Assembly: GCA_964448685.1 (NCBI GenBank)
Contig: CAYUWR010000011.1
Span: 23,007 to 87,006 of the forward strand
From: an uncultured Nitrososphaeria archaeon
GTDB taxonomy: Archaea; Thermoproteota; Nitrososphaeria; JACIWG01
DNA: 64,000 bases
Reading direction: 5' to 3'
Below, one piece after another: positions 36,629-47,636 of this stretch. Made by a program: the position numbers and the translations under genes. Position 1 is the stretch's first letter. Each line of letters starts with the position of its first letter. Under the pieces are notes generated by a model. That model saw nothing but the letters and a program-made list of their open reading frames with translations. It was not told where the DNA came from and did no database searches.

Positions 36629-39457
36629 ATGCAGAAGCCTAGAAGGGAAGCCGCCATCTGCCTTCTTCTACTGTCGATCTTGGCAGTGACCCAGTTTCCC
36701 ACCACAGCAGGCTATTCGAATCCGCCGCTCTGGAGCAGCAGCCTAGTCACCTACACCCCCCAAAATTTGAGGATTTCACTGGCCAACGACCAGAACATGG
36801 TCTTCACAAACAACGGCTCCATGGTCATAGGCCTAAGCCTTGTAGACGGCGAGACTGCTCTATCGTACCTGCCAGCAAGGAACGGTGACATCATCGACGG
36901 TATAGCCGCCCACTCAAGTGGAAAATACATAGTTGCCATAGTCAATGGAACATACATTAGCGTCTTCAACAGGACCAAGAACAGGGTAACGATCTTCAAG
37001 GCCAACTCGTCGGTGAAGAATATTCTGTTACCTCAAACATATTATGGCGGCCCATACACCCTATTCTATTCTACAGCAGACTACAACATAAGCAGGGTCG
37101 ATGTCAGCGTCCCCGGAGGCCCATCGCTTACATGGAAGATTCACCTAAGCTGTGACATCAACGCATTGGACGCCGACGATTCCCTGTTCAGAATAGCAGC
37201 TGGACTCAACAATGGCACACTATTGGTTCTGGATCCATTAAGTGGAGGGGTCATCGCGAAGAGAAACTTTGGCGCTCAGATAACATCACTGAAGATTTCA
37301 GCCTTCGGCTTCTTTCTGGCCCTAACCACCTCTGATGGGATGTTCTATTTTGTGAGAACAGACAACCTGTATGTGCTACAGAGCCTCTCATTTGGGGCTG
37401 TAAGGGGGGTGTCGACAGCGATATCATTGGATGGCAGCAGGGTTGCAGTTGGATTGAGCAACGGGACAATCTTGTGTTATAGGTACCTGACAGGCGAGTC
37501 TAAGAAGGTTTCTGTCTACAGTTCTTCAGTCACCATAGTTTCAGACAAGAACCTGGACTACATTGCATGGGCTTCAAGTAGGCAAGTTGGCTTCGGAAAG
37601 TTTGGAGAAAACCCCCTCTGGTCTTCAACCGTCTCCGACACAGCCACGGACATATCTGTAGCGATAGCTAGAGAGAACCCGTTCTATGTCGTCTCATGCA
37701 GTAAGGTGAAGATTCTCGTGTTCGATAGGAAGCCTCTTGCACAGCTCGCCATCTCCGTTAGCCCTCAGACAGTCGGCGTGGACAAAGAAGTGACCTTATC
37801 TGGCCAGCTCACACCCACACTAGCGAATCAGACGATAAGATTCTACATCCAAAACAACACCTCAGACGCATGGAGAATGCTTGGAGACAACAAGACAGAC
37901 GGTTCGGGAAGATTCAAGTTCAAGTGGAAGGTGGATGTCGCAGGAAACCCCAACGTGAAGGCGGTGTGGTCAGGCAACGAAGACTTCAGAGAGGCGTCAG
38001 CTATGTTGTCGCTTGATGTGAGGAAGGCGGTTATCGTCACCATACTTGCAACAACGACTTCGGGAAAACCGATACCGAATACGAGGATAACATTAAATGG
38101 CACAAGATATTATACAAATCAGAGCGGATACATCTCTACAACAGCGTATGTGGGAACACTCTCTGTTGTAGCAGACAATTCATTTGAGTTCGCATCAGAC
38201 AGCAGATACCAGTTCAAGACATGGAGCCCACTTGAAATAAGCCGAAACCAGATATCATTGAAGATCGATTCAAATACACAGTTGACGGCAAAATACTCCA
38301 TCGCCTACAAGGTCAACATAACACTTCCAAAGTACTTCCTTGTAGACACTTCGCCGTCTGGAAACGACGGCTGGTTTGAAAATGGCACAACGGTCCAAAT
38401 AATCCCGCTACCACTGTCAGAATATAATACAAGCAGCACAAGGATCGTGTTCACTGGATGGGAGGGAGTGGGCAGAGGCTCCTATTCTGGATCCAGCAAA
38501 ACAGCCACGGTAAAAGTCTTGGAGCCGGTAAGAGAGAGCATTATGTGGAAAAGACAGTTTAAACTTGACATCGTCACCTTCCCCCCGGAAGTGGATCCAG
38601 CACAGATATCGATCAAACCATCTAGTGATAGCTGGTTCGACGAAGGATCGACAGCAGTCCTAGAGGCGCCTGAAACAGTCCCATATGGAAATGGTGTAAG
38701 ATACGTGTTCTCTCTCTGGAAGACCGACACCACGACATATAGGGATAGGGTCTTGAGCATGATAATGGATAGGGGTAGAACAGTGAACGCATCATTCTAC
38801 ATACAGTACTTCTTGGATGTAAGCTCCGACGCTGGCAAGACAACTGGCACCGGATGGTACAATCAGTCACAAAAGGCAACCTTCAGCGTCATAGAGGCGA
38901 CCATCCCCTTAGGCCCAGGGGCTAGAAAGAAGTTCGTTGGGTGGACAGGCAACTTGACTTCAGCCGCCATCATAGGCGAAGTGTCAGTCAACGGACCTGT
39001 AGCCGTCCACGCAAACTACATCACACAATACTATCTCAATGTAAGTTCGCAGCATTCTAGGATCGTTCTGGAAGCTAGACAGGAAGATCCCTCCGGCTGG
39101 TACAATGAGGGAGCTAGGGTAACGTTCTCGATAGAAAGCTTGAGAGAAGAGAAGGACTTCTTCTCATATTACCGCTTCGAAGGATGGCGTGGAGATGTGG
39201 AATCGGCTGAGACAACGGCGTCAGTCAAAATGATGAGGCCGATGACGGTTGAGGCAGCATGGAAGGAGGAGATCATATACGAAAATGTCCTAATTATATC
39301 GGTGCCCGTTTTGATTGTGGCATCGCTCATAGCCTGGTTTGTTTACAGGAAGAAGCGAAAGCCTCAGATAATCGAATCCGATGAAAGCGAGAAGATTGGG
39401 AAGACGCCAACCCCATCACAAGGAGAGGAAAAGGTCACTTCTGATAGACTTCCATAG
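36629..39457 (+). CDS. Large surface protein: beta-propeller-like + Ig-like + repeated GW(Y/F)/FxGW modules + C-terminal TM
   Basis: Signal peptide after ATG 36629, with TTTAAAAA about 25 nt upstream. WD-like repeats; DGWFENG / SWFDEG / GWYNQS / GWYNEG; C-terminal TM followed by RKKRK. Confidence 0.85.
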   Translation: MQKPRREAAICLLLLSILAVTQFPTTAGYSNPPLWSSSLVTYTPQNLRISLANDQNMVFTNNGSMVIGLSLVDGETALSYLPARNGDIIDGIAAHSSGKYIVAIVNGTYISVFNRTKNRVTIFKANSSVKNILLPQTYYGGPYTLFYSTADYNISRVDVSVPGGPSLTWKIHLSCDINALDADDSLFRIAAGLNNGTLLVLDPLSGGVIAKRNFGAQITSLKISAFGFFLALTTSDGMFYFVRTDNLYVLQSLSFGAVRGVSTAISLDGSRVAVGLSNGTILCYRYLTGESKKVSVYSSSVTIVSDKNLDYIAWASSRQVGFGKFGENPLWSSTVSDTATDISVAIARENPFYVVSCSKVKILVFDRKPLAQLAISVSPQTVGVDKEVTLSGQLTPTLANQTIRFYIQNNTSDAWRMLGDNKTDGSGRFKFKWKVDVAGNPNVKAVWSGNEDFREASAMLSLDVRKAVIVTILATTTSGKPIPNTRITLNGTRYYTNQSGYISTTAYVGTLSVVADNSFEFASDSRYQFKTWSPLEISRNQISLKIDSNTQLTAKYSIAYKVNITLPKYFLVDTSPSGNDGWFENGTTVQIIPLPLSEYNTSSTRIVFTGWEGVGRGSYSGSSKTATVKVLEPVRESIMWKRQFKLDIVTFPPEVDPAQISIKPSSDSWFDEGSTAVLEAPETVPYGNGVRYVFSLWKTDTTTYRDRVLSMIMDRGRTVNASFYIQYFLDVSSDAGKTTGTGWYNQSQKATFSVIEATIPLGPGARKKFVGWTGNLTSAAIIGEVSVNGPVAVHANYITQYYLNVSSQHSRIVLEARQEDPSGWYNEGARVTFSIESLREEKDFFSYYRFEGWRGDVESAETTASVKMMRPMTVEAAWKEEIIYENVLIISVPVLIVASLIAWFVYRKKRKPQIIESDESEKIGKTPTPSQGEEKVTSDRLP

Positions 39458-40646
39458 CCTCCAAAGCCGGAAGCTTCTTGCCCATGAGAGACTCCAACAA
39501 GGCACCTCCTCCAGAGCTTATATAAGAGACCTTATCGTAGAGCCCCAGCCTACTGAGGGCTGCAATCGTGTGGCCCCCACCTGCAACCGTGAACGCCTGC
39601 GAGAGGACAGCAGCCTGAAAGACCTTCGCTGTTCCCTCAAGGAAAGGCTCAACCTCGTAGACACCCATCGGACCATGCATCATCACCGCCTTAGCCGTCT
39701 TCAGGACGTTTTCGTATACGACCATCGTCCTCTCTCCGATATCCCATATCTCGTAGTCTGTCGGAAGGTTTATCATCTGAATCTCCTTCCGCCTTCCATC
39801 TACGTTGACAGCGAAGTCCACAGGCAGCAGGACTTTGCCATCGAATCGGTCAAGAATCGATTTCGCCCTAGGCACAAGCTCAAGTAAGCCTTTATCCGAT
39901 AAAGCCTTCCTATTCAGGAAGCCAGTATCCAAACCTCTTGCAACCAGAAAGAGTTGCGCTACAAGCCCTCCAGTCAGGATTCGGTCTGCGCGATCATTTG
40001 ATAGCACGTACTCGACAATTTCGACACCCTCCTTAACTTTAGAGCCGCCCAAGATGTATATGATAGGCCTATGCTCTACAGACCTTATCCGCTCTAGCGC
40101 CTTCAACTCCCTTTCCATAACCCTTCCAAGTACAGTCGGCATAACGACAGTGAACCCGACTATCGAGGCATGTGCTCTATGTGCCGCAGCAAAAGCGTCG
40201 AATACGAAGACGTCTGCCAATGGAGCCAACGTCTTGACCAATGTGGTCTTCGACTGCTCCTCTATCGTCTTCTTAGCTGTCTCCTCTCTAAGACTTCTCA
40301 CGTTCTCCAAGACCAGGATTTCGCTGGGCCCAAGAGCCTTTATCGCGTTTACAGCACGCTCACCCACTACATCATCCACATAGCCTACACGTTGGCCCAA
40401 TATCTCGGACAGCCTCATGGAATGGTGTTCAAGAGTAGTATAGTCGGGGTCTCCAAGTCTACCCTGATGGGCTAACACGACAACCCTTGCTCCCCTCTGA
40501 GCCAGTTCCTTGATCGTTCCAGAATGAAGCCTTATACGTTCATCGTCAAGAAGCCTCTTAGTCGACGGATCCACAGTCGAGTTGAAGTCAACCCTTACAA
40601 TAGCTGTCTTGTTTGCAAAATCGAAGTCGTCCATTGTTTTAAACAT
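39435..40646 (-). CDS. pgk: Phosphoglycerate kinase
   Basis: RVDFNS, LAHQGR, LENVR, DAFAAAHRAHAS, GGGH, SSGGGA. Confidence 0.97.
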   Translation of the reverse strand: MFKTMDDFDFANKTAIVRVDFNSTVDPSTKRLLDDERIRLHSGTIKELAQRGARVVVLAHQGRLGDPDYTTLEHHSMRLSEILGQRVGYVDDVVGERAVNAIKALGPSEILVLENVRSLREETAKKTIEEQSKTTLVKTLAPLADVFVFDAFAAAHRAHASIVGFTVVMPTVLGRVMERELKALERIRSVEHRPIIYILGGSKVKEGVEIVEYVLSNDRADRILTGGLVAQLFLVARGLDTGFLNRKALSDKGLLELVPRAKSILDRFDGKVLLPVDFAVNVDGRRKEIQMINLPTDYEIWDIGERTMVVYENVLKTAKAVMMHGPMGVYEVEPFLEGTAKVFQAAVLSQAFTVAGGGHTIAALSRLGLYDKVSYISSGGGALLESLMGKKLPALEAMEVYQK

Positions 40647-40688
40647 AAGCCTTCAGTGTATCCATGGGGTCTTCGATCAATAGAGAGG

Positions 40689-41717
<1,029 letters not shown>

Positions 41718-41821
41718 TCAAATGAAGGTAGACTGTACCTCATATAAAAGATTTCGCCAACTCACGCATCATTTCATCGGCTTAGCATAGATTTATTATC
41801 TGCCATTCCCAAAGATCATGC

Positions 41822-42484
41822 ATGCTCTTTAAGGTTCAGTCACTGGAGGAGCTCGCAAAACTAATTGTCGCATCGAAGTCAACGGACATCATGCAGTTCT
41901 TCGGAGGAATATTCGTCGCGGGAACAGGAGAGGAAAAGAACTATTTCACGTTCGGCGACCCGGAGGAGGTCAACGAGTTCATGAACATCTATTACACTCA
42001 GGCAGGGGACTTTGAAGGAAAGTTTCTGAGGTTCCCCATCTACGGCGGAGAAAAGAAGATTATGCCATCGATGGGAATCGAGGGGACAGACATATTTATC
42101 CCCTTGATTCGCCTTCAAGACGACGCCGACTACAGAAAGTTCCCGAAAGCTTCCCCCTTGATATTGAAGACAAAGAGCTTCGAAGACCTGTTGAGATCCT
42201 CTCTCGGCTGGCCCACCGTTAGAAGCGCCTTCATAATGTACAGTTGGAGACAAGACCAAAAACACGTGTACACAATGAAGCTTGTCCAGAGAGTCTTCGA
42301 CAAGAGCAGGCGGATCTACTTCACACACATATTAGATCATGAAATCACAGGAAGCTTCATAAAATATAGGGTCACACACATTGAAGAGTGGAAGGTCTGC
42401 GAAAACCTTGTTGAACCGAAATGGATCTACTTCCCTATAGTGAGACTTGAAGAAGGCTTCAGCGAACTCTCGAGCGCGCTCTAG
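41822..42484 (+). CDS. Hypothetical protein made of two homologous halves
   Basis: FKVQSLEELAK...FLRF...FIPLIRLQDD versus LKTKSFEDLLR...FIKY...YFPIVRLEE. Confidence 0.75.
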   Translation: MLFKVQSLEELAKLIVASKSTDIMQFFGGIFVAGTGEEKNYFTFGDPEEVNEFMNIYYTQAGDFEGKFLRFPIYGGEKKIMPSMGIEGTDIFIPLIRLQDDADYRKFPKASPLILKTKSFEDLLRSSLGWPTVRSAFIMYSWRQDQKHVYTMKLVQRVFDKSRRIYFTHILDHEITGSFIKYRVTHIEEWKVCENLVEPKWIYFPIVRLEEGFSELSSAL

Positions 42485-42490
42485 ACTACG

Positions 42491-42940
42491 TCAAAGAGTC
42501 TTCTTGACCCAAACATATATCTGTGCGCGCTCAAACTTCTTCTTCTTGAAAAAGTTCAGCGCCCTCTGGTTTGTCCCCTCTATGTCGGCCAAGATGATTC
42601 TTACACCCTTCCCCTTGAGTCTCTCCTCTATCGAATTGTAGAGCCTGCTCGCAACACCAGTGCTCTGATACCTTTTCCTAACCCCCAACCAGACAACATA
42701 TCCATACTTCCATGCTGATTGGCTCTTCTCAATGATGGTGGCCATGACGAAACCTATCACCTTACCATTGGATTCGGCGACAAGACACAATTCAGGGTTA
42801 CTATTGAAATGCGATGTTACAGTGTATTCGTCCCATGTCCTATACATTATCGGAAAATCCTGGCTCGAGTAGATCGACTCACCTATATGAAAGACCTCCG
42901 ATAGGTCGTCGATACCCATTTCTCTTATCCTGATCACCAT
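42491..42940 (-). CDS. GNAT-family acetyltransferase
   Basis: LVAESNGKVIGF, LGVRKRYQSTGVASRL, NQRALNFF. Confidence 0.9.
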   Translation of the reverse strand: MVIRIREMGIDDLSEVFHIGESIYSSQDFPIMYRTWDEYTVTSHFNSNPELCLVAESNGKVIGFVMATIIEKSQSAWKYGYVVWLGVRKRYQSTGVASRLYNSIEERLKGKGVRIILADIEGTNQRALNFFKKKKFERAQIYVWVKKTL

Positions 42941-43041
42941 ATCTGATGGTTTGAGGCGATGACGGCTTATAAGTCTTAGGGATGCGCTTTCAAAGCCCAG
43001 CCGCGCACAATCTAATGGCCGTCGACAACCTATTTCAAAGC

Positions 43042-44283
43042 CTAAAGCCCCTTCGTGCTCAAGTCCATCGCCAGTTTTATCTGCTCTTCAAGCATGGGTG
43101 GAAGGTTTGGGATCTTGATTTCGAGAAAGCCTCTCACCAAAGTCGACACCGCCTCTTCTCTACTCATCCCCCTAGAAAGAAGATAGAAGATTTCGTCTTC
43201 GGCTAGCCTGCCGACTGCTGCCTCATGTGTTAGCTCCACATCTTTGGCTGTTGAATCGAGTTCGGGGATGGTCCAGATGCGGGAACTGTCGCTCAACATG
43301 AGTCCACGGCATTCAATGTGACCCCTAGATTCAGAGGCTTGAGTGGCGATACGGGCTCTGGCCACGATCTGGGAATTGTCTAATGATATAGACCTGGAGA
43401 CTACTTCTGCTCTAGAATTCCTCCCACTTATCGATATCGCTGACCCTAAGTCAATATAAGAGGACGATCTGCCGATTACTATCGAGGACATGAAAGCCCT
43501 TGAGCCTGCGCCTTTGAGGTGGACTGACGGATACGATTGAAGGCTTCTCAGACCTGATGGACTCAGGTTAAGATAGTTGCTTATGAAGACACCGCCTTCT
43601 TCCACCACAGCAGCGGTCCTTGGGCGAACATCACTCACCCTGCTCCAGTCGTGAATCATGGTGAATGTTACGGTAGCGTTCTCCTTGACGTAGAATTCTG
43701 TGATTCCAGCATGTAAGCCGACTGATTCCGGCATCGCAGCGCATCCTGTTACGACATGTAACTTTGACCCCGCCTCGGCAACTATAATATTGTGAGGTGC
43801 CTGAAAAGCCCGGCTTGACTTTATCAGAAGACAAGCCTGTATGGGAACATCGACAGACTGGTTTTCTCTTGCCATGATCACGTATCCACCATGACCATAT
43901 ATCTGCGCCGCTGCAGTGAACTTGTCTTGGCCGACGTCTATGAGCCTCCAATAGTAGTCTTCGACGAAGTCGCGGTCCTCTAGGGCCTCTTCCAACGTCA
44001 ACAAGTCAACATTGGTGTAGAACTTCTTCTTATATACGATGTCGTGATCCACTTGTATGTAGCTGCCGGCTCTTGACCGCTCCATAGGATCAATGCCTAC
44101 ATCCTGAAGCCTTCCGACAACCTCTTCAGGCATCGAGCTGAAGCTTGAGACAGCAGAAGTTGAGGAGATGGCGTTCAGATACTGTCCAAGATCTATGTCG
44201 GCACCATATTTGGGCTTGACCTGTATCGATTCCTTTGCCTTCTTATTGAGCAGCTCCATTCGGTCTTCAAGTCCCACAGCCAT
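43042..44283 (-). CDS. sufB: SufB/SufD-family (SmsB-like) Fe-S scaffold
   Basis: PIQACLL, HNIIVAE, GHIECRGL, IPEL, LTHEAAVGRL, YLLSRG. Confidence 0.9.
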   Translation of the reverse strand: MAVGLEDRMELLNKKAKESIQVKPKYGADIDLGQYLNAISSTSAVSSFSSMPEEVVGRLQDVGIDPMERSRAGSYIQVDHDIVYKKKFYTNVDLLTLEEALEDRDFVEDYYWRLIDVGQDKFTAAAQIYGHGGYVIMARENQSVDVPIQACLLIKSSRAFQAPHNIIVAEAGSKLHVVTGCAAMPESVGLHAGITEFYVKENATVTFTMIHDWSRVSDVRPRTAAVVEEGGVFISNYLNLSPSGLRSLQSYPSVHLKGAGSRAFMSSIVIGRSSSYIDLGSAISISGRNSRAEVVSRSISLDNSQIVARARIATQASESRGHIECRGLMLSDSSRIWTIPELDSTAKDVELTHEAAVGRLAEDEIFYLLSRGMSREEAVSTLVRGFLEIKIPNLPPMLEEQIKLAMDLSTKGL

Positions 44284-44297
44284 GTCACCCCTTCAAT

Positions 44298-45089
44298 CTA
44301 CTTCCCGATTCCTCGCATCGGACTTGGCTGGCGGCGGTCGTAGCATTGTGTGCACCGTTCAAAGCCGTGTCTAAGCACATCTTTGACCAAGCTTTCTGTC
44401 TCCCCATAGCAGATTACCGAACCGTTCTGGAGTATGTATGTCCTATGGGTGAGAACATATCTTGACACGTAGCCCAAGTGGGTTACGATTAGACCTGACG
44501 GCTTCTCTGTTACAGGATGTCTTTCGTCACTTAGCAGCCTACTTATTGCGTTGCCAACTACCACCATGTTTTCGACATCTACACCAGAGTCAGGCTCGTC
44601 AAGTAAAGCCAGAGATGGCCTCTGCAGCATGAGAAAGAAGAGTTCTGCCCTCTTGATTTCTCCCCCGCTGAAGCCTACGTTTATTTCTCTGTCTAAGAAG
44701 GATGTCAGATTTAGGGAGGCAGCGAGAGATTCGATGTCTGCGCTCTTACCGTACTTGCTTCCAAGCCTCTTGGCAAGCTCCCTTAATGTCACACCATGTA
44801 TTTTTGGAGGAAACTGGAAGGAGACACCAAGACCCAGCTTCACACGTTCTTCTGTTGGCGCAAATGTGATATCCTTACCCTTTAAGACTATTGAACCCTT
44901 CTTTATCCTATATTTTGGGTGACCAATTATAGAGTATATTAGTGATGACTTGCCTGAACCATTTGGGCCCATGAGCAGTATCGTCTCCCCGAAGCCTATA
45001 GACAAAGACAGATCCTTTAAGACCGTCTTGCCGTCTACTTCTACAGTGAGGTCTCTGACATCCAGCAACATCGCGTTCGTAGTGAACAC
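44298..45089 (-). CDS. sufC: SufC-family (SmsC-like) ATPase with C-terminal Cys motif
   Basis: GPNGSGKS, GFSGGEIKRAE, DEPDSGVD, C-terminal C-x18-CTQC. Confidence 0.92.
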   Translation of the reverse strand: MFTTNAMLLDVRDLTVEVDGKTVLKDLSLSIGFGETILLMGPNGSGKSSLIYSIIGHPKYRIKKGSIVLKGKDITFAPTEERVKLGLGVSFQFPPKIHGVTLRELAKRLGSKYGKSADIESLAASLNLTSFLDREINVGFSGGEIKRAELFFLMLQRPSLALLDEPDSGVDVENMVVVGNAISRLLSDERHPVTEKPSGLIVTHLGYVSRYVLTHRTYILQNGSVICYGETESLVKDVLRHGFERCTQCYDRRQPSPMRGIGK

Positions 45090-45173
45090 TATATGATAAT
45101 AACTTTTTGACCAAGCATGATCTTCAAGAGAAGCAAAAATGGAGGGAGTGGTTTCAGCCCACTCTATCTTGAT

Positions 45174-47537
45174 CTACTTCTTAGATAAGAGAGCTTTTAG
45201 CTCCGCCAGCCTTGAGAGTATCAGTTTCTGCTCGACGCTAGCCACAAGTTTCTTCGTGGCAACAACCGTGTCAGGGTTGACAGACACGCTGTCGATTCCA
45301 TTTTCAACCAGAAACTTTGTGATCTCAGGATACACAGAAGGCGCTTGGCCGCAGATGCTTACTGTTGCACCGTTTTCGTGCGCCACCTTGATTAGGTGGG
45401 CGATCGACCTCAGCACTGCAGGATCTCTCTCGTCGAAGTATCCCAGGTTTCCCAAGATCCCACTGTCTCTGTCAGCGCCCAGAATGAGTTGAGTCAAGTC
45501 GTTTGAGCCGATGCTGAAACCGTCACATAGTTTACTAAATTCGTCTGCGAGCAAAACTATCGAGGGCACCTCTGCCATGAACCAGAGCTTGAAGTCCTTA
45601 CCTCTTTCTAGACCTTCCTCCTTCATGATTCGTATAGCTTTCTCCACCTCCCACGTTGTTCGGACAAATGGCAACATCACCCAAACGTTCTTGAGGCCCA
45701 TTTCGTCTCTCACCTTCTTCATAGCCTTACATTCAAGCCTGAATCCGGCTTCATATTCTGGGCTGACATATCTCGACACACCCCTCCAGCCTATCATTGG
45801 ATTGTTCTCTTTCGGCTCGAACCTTTCTCCACCCTTCAGTGCCGCGTACTCGTTTGATTTGAAGTCGCTCATTCTCACGACAACCGGCCTCGGATATACT
45901 GCGCCAGCCACCTTCGCTATTCCTTCAGCCAGCTTGTCCACAAAGATCTGGCTCCTGCCCTGCTCGATCAGCGCCAGAGGATGTTCGCCCACCCAGTCCG
46001 CGATGATGAATTCGATTCTCATGAGCCCTATGCCGTCAAATGGCAGATGTTTGTACTCCTCCGCCTTATCCGGCTCCCCAAGGTTCATGTAGACCTTCGT
46101 TCCAGTGATCGGAACAGCATCAGCCACCATCGCCGCAGCAGACAACGCTTCAACCTTGGCTTTGACCTCCTCTTCCTCCACGATCCCCTCATAGATGACA
46201 CCCAGTGAACCATCCACCGTCACATCCTGTCCTGTCTTCAGGACCTCCGTGGCAGTCTTCGTTCCCACAACACATGGCACGCCAAGTTCTCTGGAAACTA
46301 TGGCAGCGTGCGCCGTCATACCACCACCATTTGTGACGATAGCCGCAGCCTTCCTCATCGCGGGAACCCAGTCTGGAGCCGTCATTTCCGTGACAAGAAT
46401 TTCTCCTTCCTTGAACGTCGATATATCCTTGACATCCATTATTATCTTCACCCTTCCAGAAGCCCTACCAGGCGAGGCGCCTAACCCTCTAACCAAGACG
46501 TTTGCCGTCGACGCCTTCACCTTGGCAACTGGTTCAGCCGCAGCCCTAGACGACCACACCGTTTCAGGTCTTGCCTGAACAATGTAGAGGCGGTTCGTAT
46601 CCGAGTCAAGAGCCCATTCGATGTCCATGGGCCTACCATAATGCTTTTCTATCAGTTCAGCGTAGCGGCCCAGTTCAACAACCTGCTCGTCAGATAAACA
46701 TGGGATCTCCTGAGACTCTTCTGGAACCTCGACTTCCTTGCTATTGCCTCCTTCACCTTTTCCCCTAATCGTCATCACCTTCTTTCGGGCAATATTCTTT
46801 TCAAGAATCTTCAGCGTACCCTTTTCCACCACCCACCTGTCTGGATCAACGTGACCTTGAACCACCGATTCGCCAACCCCCCAAGCGCCTTCGATGGTCA
46901 CAGAGTTTCTGTCGCCAGTGACCGGATTAAGAGTGAATATTACACCTGCAGCCTTGCTGTTGACCATCTTCTGTATGCCAACAGAAAGCTTCACCTTGAA
47001 GTGATCAAATCCCTTTTCAACCCTGTACGCGATAGCTCGTGGCGTGAAAAGAGAACTGATACACTTTTTGGTGCTTTCAATCAGCGCGTCTCTGCCTGAG
47101 ACGAAGAGGTAGGTATCCTGCTGTCCAGCGAACGAAGCTGTCGGCAGGTCCTCAGCTGTAGCACTGCTTCTCACCGCAACTTCTGGGTTGTTGACTCCAA
47201 CCTTTTTAGCCAACGCTCTATAGTGTTCCATCAGGCCTTCTTCCAGAACCTTCGGAAACTCACATGATTCGATCAAAGCACGTATCTTCTTAGAAGTCTC
47301 AGTTAACTTGTCCAAGTCGTTCACGTCAAGCCCAGACAGCAGTTCTGCAATCTTTGGAGCAACACCTGAGGCTTCGATGAAGTAGTCGTATCCAGCTGAA
47401 GTCAACGCGAATCCGGGTGGAACAGGTATTCCGGCGTTCACCATTTCTCCAAGGCTGGAGTTCTTGCCTCCGACCAGGGCAACGTCTTCTCTTCTAAGTT
47501 CCTCGAATTCCAGATAGAATTTCTCCTTTCTAGACAT
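45174..47537 (-). CDS. ppsA: Phosphoenolpyruvate synthase
   Basis: VGGKNSSLGEM, AVRSSATAED, QARPET, GGMTAHAAIVSRE, ENNPMIGWRG, SIGSNDLTQ, ICGQ. Confidence 0.97.
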   Translation of the reverse strand: MSRKEKFYLEFEELRREDVALVGGKNSSLGEMVNAGIPVPPGFALTSAGYDYFIEASGVAPKIAELLSGLDVNDLDKLTETSKKIRALIESCEFPKVLEEGLMEHYRALAKKVGVNNPEVAVRSSATAEDLPTASFAGQQDTYLFVSGRDALIESTKKCISSLFTPRAIAYRVEKGFDHFKVKLSVGIQKMVNSKAAGVIFTLNPVTGDRNSVTIEGAWGVGESVVQGHVDPDRWVVEKGTLKILEKNIARKKVMTIRGKGEGGNSKEVEVPEESQEIPCLSDEQVVELGRYAELIEKHYGRPMDIEWALDSDTNRLYIVQARPETVWSSRAAAEPVAKVKASTANVLVRGLGASPGRASGRVKIIMDVKDISTFKEGEILVTEMTAPDWVPAMRKAAAIVTNGGGMTAHAAIVSRELGVPCVVGTKTATEVLKTGQDVTVDGSLGVIYEGIVEEEEVKAKVEALSAAAMVADAVPITGTKVYMNLGEPDKAEEYKHLPFDGIGLMRIEFIIADWVGEHPLALIEQGRSQIFVDKLAEGIAKVAGAVYPRPVVVRMSDFKSNEYAALKGGERFEPKENNPMIGWRGVSRYVSPEYEAGFRLECKAMKKVRDEMGLKNVWVMLPFVRTTWEVEKAIRIMKEEGLERGKDFKLWFMAEVPSIVLLADEFSKLCDGFSIGSNDLTQLILGADRDSGILGNLGYFDERDPAVLRSIAHLIKVAHENGATVSICGQAPSVYPEITKFLVENGIDSVSVNPDTVVATKKLVASVEQKLILSRLAELKALLSKK

Positions 47538-47636
47538 GCGATATCCTCGGCTTCTGCCAGAAAGCAACCAGTATATAAACATCTTACTTTATGTGCCCAC
47601 GTTTGAATGCCCCGGAGACGTCCATAGACTATAGTA

